DNA of 20,000 nt from Reclinomonas americana ATCC 50394 (taxonomy: Eukaryota). The first letter of the stretch is position 1. Every line of letters starts with the position of its first letter. Made by a program: the position numbers and the translations under genes. Below the pieces are notes generated by a model. The model was not told the origin of the DNA. It searched no databases and saw only the letters and a list, made by a program, of their open reading frames with translations. Where the stretch lies: contig PS015032.1 in NCBI GenBank assembly GCA_048213135.1, positions 200,986 through 220,985 of the forward strand, in the 5' to 3' direction. This document shows, in pieces, positions 10,622 through 20,000 of the stretch.

Positions 10622-10747
10622 ATGATCAGAGTTTTGTTGGAATGGAGGGTGGAAATGAAACAAAGTCCAGCCAGCGGGCGACACTCAGTGTCGCGTTTTG
10701 CCGGGAATGACAGGATTCGTCTGACATTTTCGTTTGTGTTTGCGGAG

Positions 10748-14554
<3,807 letters not shown>

Positions 14555-14842
14555 GGACTCGGAGAAGGGAGTGTTGGTGGAGTTGTTGTGAATGGTGCGT
14601 TCCCGGCTTGTCAATATTTGTCGTGTTGTCGTGAAGCTAATCACGCATTTTATTCTTGCAGAACATGTTGTTTCTTTTTGTTTGGTTCTTTGGGAGGGAG
14701 ACTCTGCCGACAGTGCTGTTCACCCGCAGGATGTGGTCGAGAGTTCAACGAGCACCTGACAACACTGTTGTCTGCCAGAAACCGACAAGAACCAACAGTT
14801 ATTGTCTGATTGTTTCTTTCGGTGGTCGGCGAGGAGACAAGA

Positions 14843-17800
14843 ATGGTGCGTGTGACACTGGTGTACAAGCGCAGGCGCGAGGATCTGCAGACGCCAATCA
14901 GCAAAGGTATGTGACCTGTGCTCATTTGAACTTGTATTTGCAAGAGGTTTCATCTACCCACCATCATCTTTCGTGCGTTTTCCTTCCATCTTTCAGTGTT
15001 CCTTGTCATCAAAGACGCGAAGACAGGAAAATGGCCTGCAGCTGAACCAACGGAGGACACCGCGTATGGAGCAGAGTCCAAAGTCCAGCGGTGCGTCGCA
15101 CGTGGAACGAATTGGGAGGCGTGCGTCAATCTCTCTAGTGGTGAACAGCGCTTCCTGGTAAGATCTCAATGCACTCGCATGTCTGCTTAACACGCGACAA
15201 TGTCTCACGCTCAATTGCAGTTCTTTGCCATCTTTCAGAATCGAGACAAGAAGTGGCTTGCGAGTGCCGAGTATGACTGTATCGTGGACAGCCAACGTGG
15301 CTGTTCAATCAATACCGTGGTGGTCCCAAGGCCGTCAAAGAAGTCTTGGGACGACGAGTACCGTTCTCGCCTTGAAGTTGAGAACGAGAGGGACGAGTTG
15401 GCGATGCAAGTCGAAGAGCTTTCCGGCGAGGTCGAATCCTTGCTGGCGGAGAGATGTCGTTTCGCAGTTTCTATGGAGGACTGCCGCCGCAGAGTGGCAG
15501 AGCGAGACGACCGGGTGCGGGGCCTGGAGGCGCAAGCCATTGAGTGGCAGCAGATGGCGGAAGAGGCGTATCGCATGGTGACGGAACGCGACAACCAGCT
15601 CAGTACGTTGAAGTCGGCTCAGCGAATCCTAGACCAAGAGGAGCGCGATCGACTGGACGCCGAGTATGCCCGTCTGGCCTCGTCATTGCCGATGCCTCCG
15701 AGCTCTGCGGCAAGGACGCCGATGCAACCGCAACGAGGTTCAACTCCTGCCAGTGCCGCCGCCGGCTTCGAGGTTATCGATGCAGATGACGTTCCGCGCG
15801 ACTTGCAAGCACGTGTTGGCGAGCTCCTTCGCCAGCTGCAAGGCCGTGATGGCGGTTTTCTGCATTTTAGCGAAGTTGCCTTGCGCCGTGTACTTGAGGG
15901 ACTTTTGGAGGCCCAGGATCGGCAGCTTGACGAGATCCGACACCAGCAACGTCGCTGCGAGGACCTCAACGCGTCATTGGTCAACATCTCGCGAGAGCGC
16001 GACAGCCTGCGCGTTGAGCTGACGAGCCGAGCTTCGGCACCGGTGCAAGGCGGCGAGCTCCTTCGGCAGCTTCACGAGTCCATGCAACAGCTGGCCGAGG
16101 CCAATCAGCAGATCGGATCACTCACTGCAACTCTGGAGGCCACAAGTCAAGCCATAATGGCCAAGGAGGCAGTCGTGGAGCAAGTAACACAACGCTTCAC
16201 CAACTCGGAAGCTCGATGCGATGAACTGCAAGAGCATCTCAATCACCTTTTGCGCCAACTCGACGGCCTTCGCGGCGAGGCCAGCCGCGTCGCCACTCTG
16301 CACCAGTTCAACAGCACCCTCAAGACTCAAGTTGACGAGCTCAAGGACAGGCTCTCGGCTGCCGACGAGAGGGCGGCGGAGGAGAAGGCGCGAGCGTATC
16401 AGCTGCAGCAGCAATTCAAGGCGTTGCAGAACGACCACGACGAAACCATTCGGAATGTTTCGGAACTGCGGAAGGCCGTGGACAGTCTTGGACTGGCGAA
16501 GGATTGCTCCCAGGCCGCGGCCCGTAAGTGGGAGCGCGCCGCCCTCGCCAACAAGTCGATGATGGAGAAACGCGGCGCGTTGCTCATGTGCGCCTTGGAT
16601 CGACTGGCGCGTCTCGACTTCAACTCGGAGGTGGACCTGGGGCACTGGCGCACCACGTTAGCAGAAGGAGCTGCCTCGACTGAAGACCACTGCGAGGAGC
16701 AACTCCGAATGGCTCTGGATGCAGCACGTCAGCACTTGGATAATACGCTGACGGAAGTGAACGCTGATGCCAGTCGCGGCGGCTTGACTCGGATAGACGC
16801 AACTATCAGCGCATACGAGGCGGCCTATGGATATGTTACAACGGCAATGACACCAGACTCAGACACACCAGCTCGACTCCAGCGACTTCTGCAGCACATC
16901 CACCGGCGATTCGTTGAGCCCACCATCGAGTGCCAGGAACAACTACTTGGTTGGCCTTCTGCAGAACGGCACGATATGGACATGCTGCAGCGGCTGGAGG
17001 AATCCAAGTACGGCTTGTCGCAGCAGCACAAACAAGTCATCGGTGCACTGGCGGCCTTGCTGCCCGAGGAGGACCGTCAACAATCCCTCAGTCTCACGGA
17101 CGTTGTCGCCCGGGTGGAGACCAGGTGGCAGGAACGCGAGGCGACGCTCACTCGGGTGGCAACTCAATTGGCGTTGCTGCTGCCTGACGACATGCCTTCC
17201 GAGGACGACTGCAACCTCGAATTCACTGCAGCCCGCATTGTCGAGCATCATCGACGGCTGCTCGAACAACTGCGACTGGCGATGCCGGCCAATACAGCCG
17301 TCAGTCTCGAGGCAGCCGTGCGTGACATTATCGACGCCGTCAAGTCTCGTGACACGACCATCAACGACGCCATGCACCGTCTCTCGGAGCTGCTTCCACG
17401 TGCCACAACCACGCTTGCCGACATGGTCACCGGCATTGTGTCAACAATCGGCCACATCAACGCTCAGCTTGCCGCTGCTCTCCATCAAGGACCCATCAGT
17501 GGCGGCGTCGTTGCCGTGAAGGAGGCCGTCGGCGGCATCATTCAACAACGCGACACGGCGCTGGCTGAGGTCGGTCGCCTCACCGGGATCGCAGACTCGC
17601 TGTGCCAGTACTTGACGGAGAACACGCCGAATCACGATCAGCCACAGCAGCAGCAACGGTCACGTCGTCGCCCGAAACAGCAGCAACAGCAGCAGCGACG
17701 GGTAGAACGCGCGCGAGCTGCAGATGTGGAGCAGGCCGCTCATGCTTGCGTCGATTTCTGGAAGTTGCACTGTCGCACCTTGGAGGAGCGCGTTGACGGC

Positions 17801-19067
17801 TGCGAGAGGCTTCAAGAGCAACTGCATGTGGCCAACAAGCAAGTGCAACAACTGCAGTCGAATGTGAATGTGGCCACCAAACAGGTTCAACAACAGCAGG
17901 CGGCGCGAAACGAGGCCAACAAGCAGGCTCAACAACTTCAACTGGCCTGTGCCAAGGCCACTCAACACCGCGACGAGCTGCAGCGCGACCTGGATGATGA
18001 GCGCACCGCAAAGCTTGCCGCGGAGAGGAAGTTCGACGCGGAAGCCGAGAGCCACCACAACACCAAGTGCGAGCTGGCAGGTGTGAATGCTGAGCTGGAA
18101 GCTGTAACGGAGCGCCTGCAAGTCGAGACTGCTATGTTGAGGTCCATGATCAGCAGTCTTGAAGCCTCCTGTGACGAGCTCCGCGAGCAGCAGGCCAGTG
18201 ACAGGGAACTCCGCGCCGACCGCGATCGCCTTCGCCGGGAACTCGAGATCGCCAACATCGGCACCAGCATTCTCTCTGCGAAGCACGATCGACTTGTCGA
18301 GATCTTGCAGCAGCAGTGGCCTTCCTCCGAGTCCGCCACCGCAGCAGCGGGTGCCGGCGGCGACGACCGGTCGGCTCTTGAACGATCAAACTCGCGGCGT
18401 TCACTGTCCGCCGCAGCGTCATCCCCACCTCCCCTGTCGGTGCTGCTGGCGGTCGGCGGCTGCCGCCAGCAACGTGACGCCAGCACGTTTACGACGATAC
18501 GAGGGATCAACGCCATGGATAGCCGCTGGTCAGAGTCGTTTGCGGCTGTTCAGGGGCACGTGTTCAAGTTTACCACAATGACCAAGGCAACTGGAGAGAA
18601 GCTGGACCTGGACTGGAAGCACACAGCTGTTGACGCCGGACCGGAGGTGTGGATCATGCTGGTGGTGAGCACGACGGATGTCGACGCGATTCAGAGGATA
18701 GCTGAGGAACGCCAAGGTGAGTTGTCAACAGCTTGGACTGATGATGCTCATGGTGGTCGACTCAGTTTTTGCGTGGTGGGGGCACATGCAGTGGACCTCT
18801 TGGACGGACGGTCGGTGCTGGTGATTCTGCAGTCGGCGCGAAAGGTGGAGCCTGCGGCGGCGGCTGATTCGGTGGATGCTGGTCCGTCGGCGGCTGCAAT
18901 GCGGAACATTTTCTTTGTCGCCGTGGAGGAGAGCGAGGATGGCAAGACAAGTGAGTGACAGGGATGGAGGGTGGAGGAGAAGATATGGAGTCTTACTGAT
19001 GTGTTGTGCAGGCCTCACGGCGGAGGGGTGCCAGGCGCTTACCGCTGCAGCTGCAATGCGGTGTTGA
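14843..19067 (+). CDS. Gene C: paralog of B (CBM48-like, extended coiled coil and helical repeats, C-terminal alpha/beta domain; about 1311 aa)
   Basis: Exons 14843-14906, 14997-15157, 15221-18716, 18792-18950, 19012-19067 (3936 nt, TGA). Collinear similarity to B, e.g. WERAALANKSMMEKRGALLMCALDRLARLDFNSEVDLGHWR vs WERAALTNKSIMEERGALLMCAMDRLARLDFNSQVDLEHWR. Ends ..DGKTSLTAEGCQALTAAAAMRC*. Confidence 0.87.
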
Positions 19068-19464
19068 TCATGAGGGAGAGGGAAATCGGACTCTGATCTC
19101 TTCCAGCTGCAGGAATTATATTTGAAGCTGTGCACATGTGGCGCTTGTCTTCTTTGTAAGAATGAAGAAGGGAGTTGTGTATCTTGCATGGCGGGAGCTG
19201 CAGGTGGATGCAGAACAGGAGATGTGGAGCATTTCTTCCATCAACGTCGACGAAGTAATCGTTGGCATCATGATCATGATCAGGAAAGTCGACACTTCAT
19301 CGCTGCGAAGACAGCGCCCTGCATTTGAGGAACCCGTTGCTGTTCGAGCTTGCCTCTGCCTGACAAGAGCAGAGTGAGTTGTCTTTGACTGCCGGATATC
19401 AGACAACTCCCGGCGGGCGACGTTCGTTCGCAAGTCACATTTCGTTGGTGTCTGGTGAGCAACG

Positions 19465-19765
19465 ATGGTGCTCACCACACTGGTGTACAAGCGCAAGCGC
19501 GAAGACCCATCCATCGAACAGGGTGCGTTGTTTACAATGAATGGTCCTTCGGAGAAATATGTTGACAGGATTGTTGCGCCTGTTGCCCGTCGCAGTGTTT
19601 ATCATTTTCAATGACGCGGTGACAGGCCAGTGGCCGCAGTGCACTCCTGGCCAAGCGCGTTCAATGGGCGTCGAACTGGCCTTGTACAACGAGGCCGCAC
19701 GCGATGCGTATGCGCAGAGGTGGCAAGTCCGCGTGAATCTCATAGCAGGCGATCGACGATTCATG
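19465..19765 (+). CDS. Gene D: first two exons of a third CBM48-like paralog (continues beyond the window)
   Basis: Exons 19465-19522 (MVLTTLVYKRKREDPSIEQ) and 19596-19765 (VFIIFNDAVTGQWPQCTPGQ..RWQVRVNLIAGDRRFM|gtgagt). Same intron phases as B and C. Confidence 0.82.
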
Positions 19766-19918
19766 GTGAGTGAATGCGAGATTGCGCAGTTGTGTGTGAG
19801 CGTGTGTGAGAGGGAGAGAGAGGGAGGGAGAGAGAGGGAGGGTGAGAGAGGGAGGGAGAGAGAGGGAGAGGGAGAAAGTTTGCCAAATAGTGAGCAGTAA
19901 GCGTGTGAGTGAGAAGGT

Positions 19919-19920
<2 letters not shown>

Positions 19921-20000
<80 letters not shown>
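19921..20000. repeat. (TG)n microsatellite in intron 2 of gene D
   Basis: Read directly from the sequence; runs to the window end. Confidence 0.95.

Noticed and set aside
19068-19464. Short ORFs 19122-19328, 19138-19377 and 19116-19514
   Set aside because: No motifs or paralogy; best explained as UTR/intergenic sequence between C and D.

Overview
Eukaryotic genomic DNA (spliceosomal GT-AG introns, many microsatellites, several N gaps), probably from a microbial eukaryote; I cannot name the taxon. All supported genes are on the + strand. 84-8245 holds the 3' part of a multi-exon DENN-domain gene (Rab GEF family) with cDENN and dDENN motifs and a DENND4-type CxxC...CxxC plus YLxP..LxKE.E.LL module. 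From 8580 to the window end is a tight head-to-tail array of four related genes (A-D), which I reconstructed by hand from splice sites. B (896 aa), C (1311 aa) and D (5' part only) start with a divergent AMPK-beta-like CBM48 (glycogen-binding) domain that is split over three exons, so it is invisible in the ORF track. In B and C this is followed by a long coiled coil, a conserved FEV[VI]D motif resembling an ATG8-interacting motif, and an unrecognised C-terminal alpha/beta domain. A (634 aa) shares the C-terminal domain and one intron position but has an N-myristoylation-type MGSSNS start in place of the CBM. Long introns have purine-rich 5' ends and pyrimidine-rich 3' ends, and two contain tandem repeat arrays. 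Domain calls are by eye; no database search was run.
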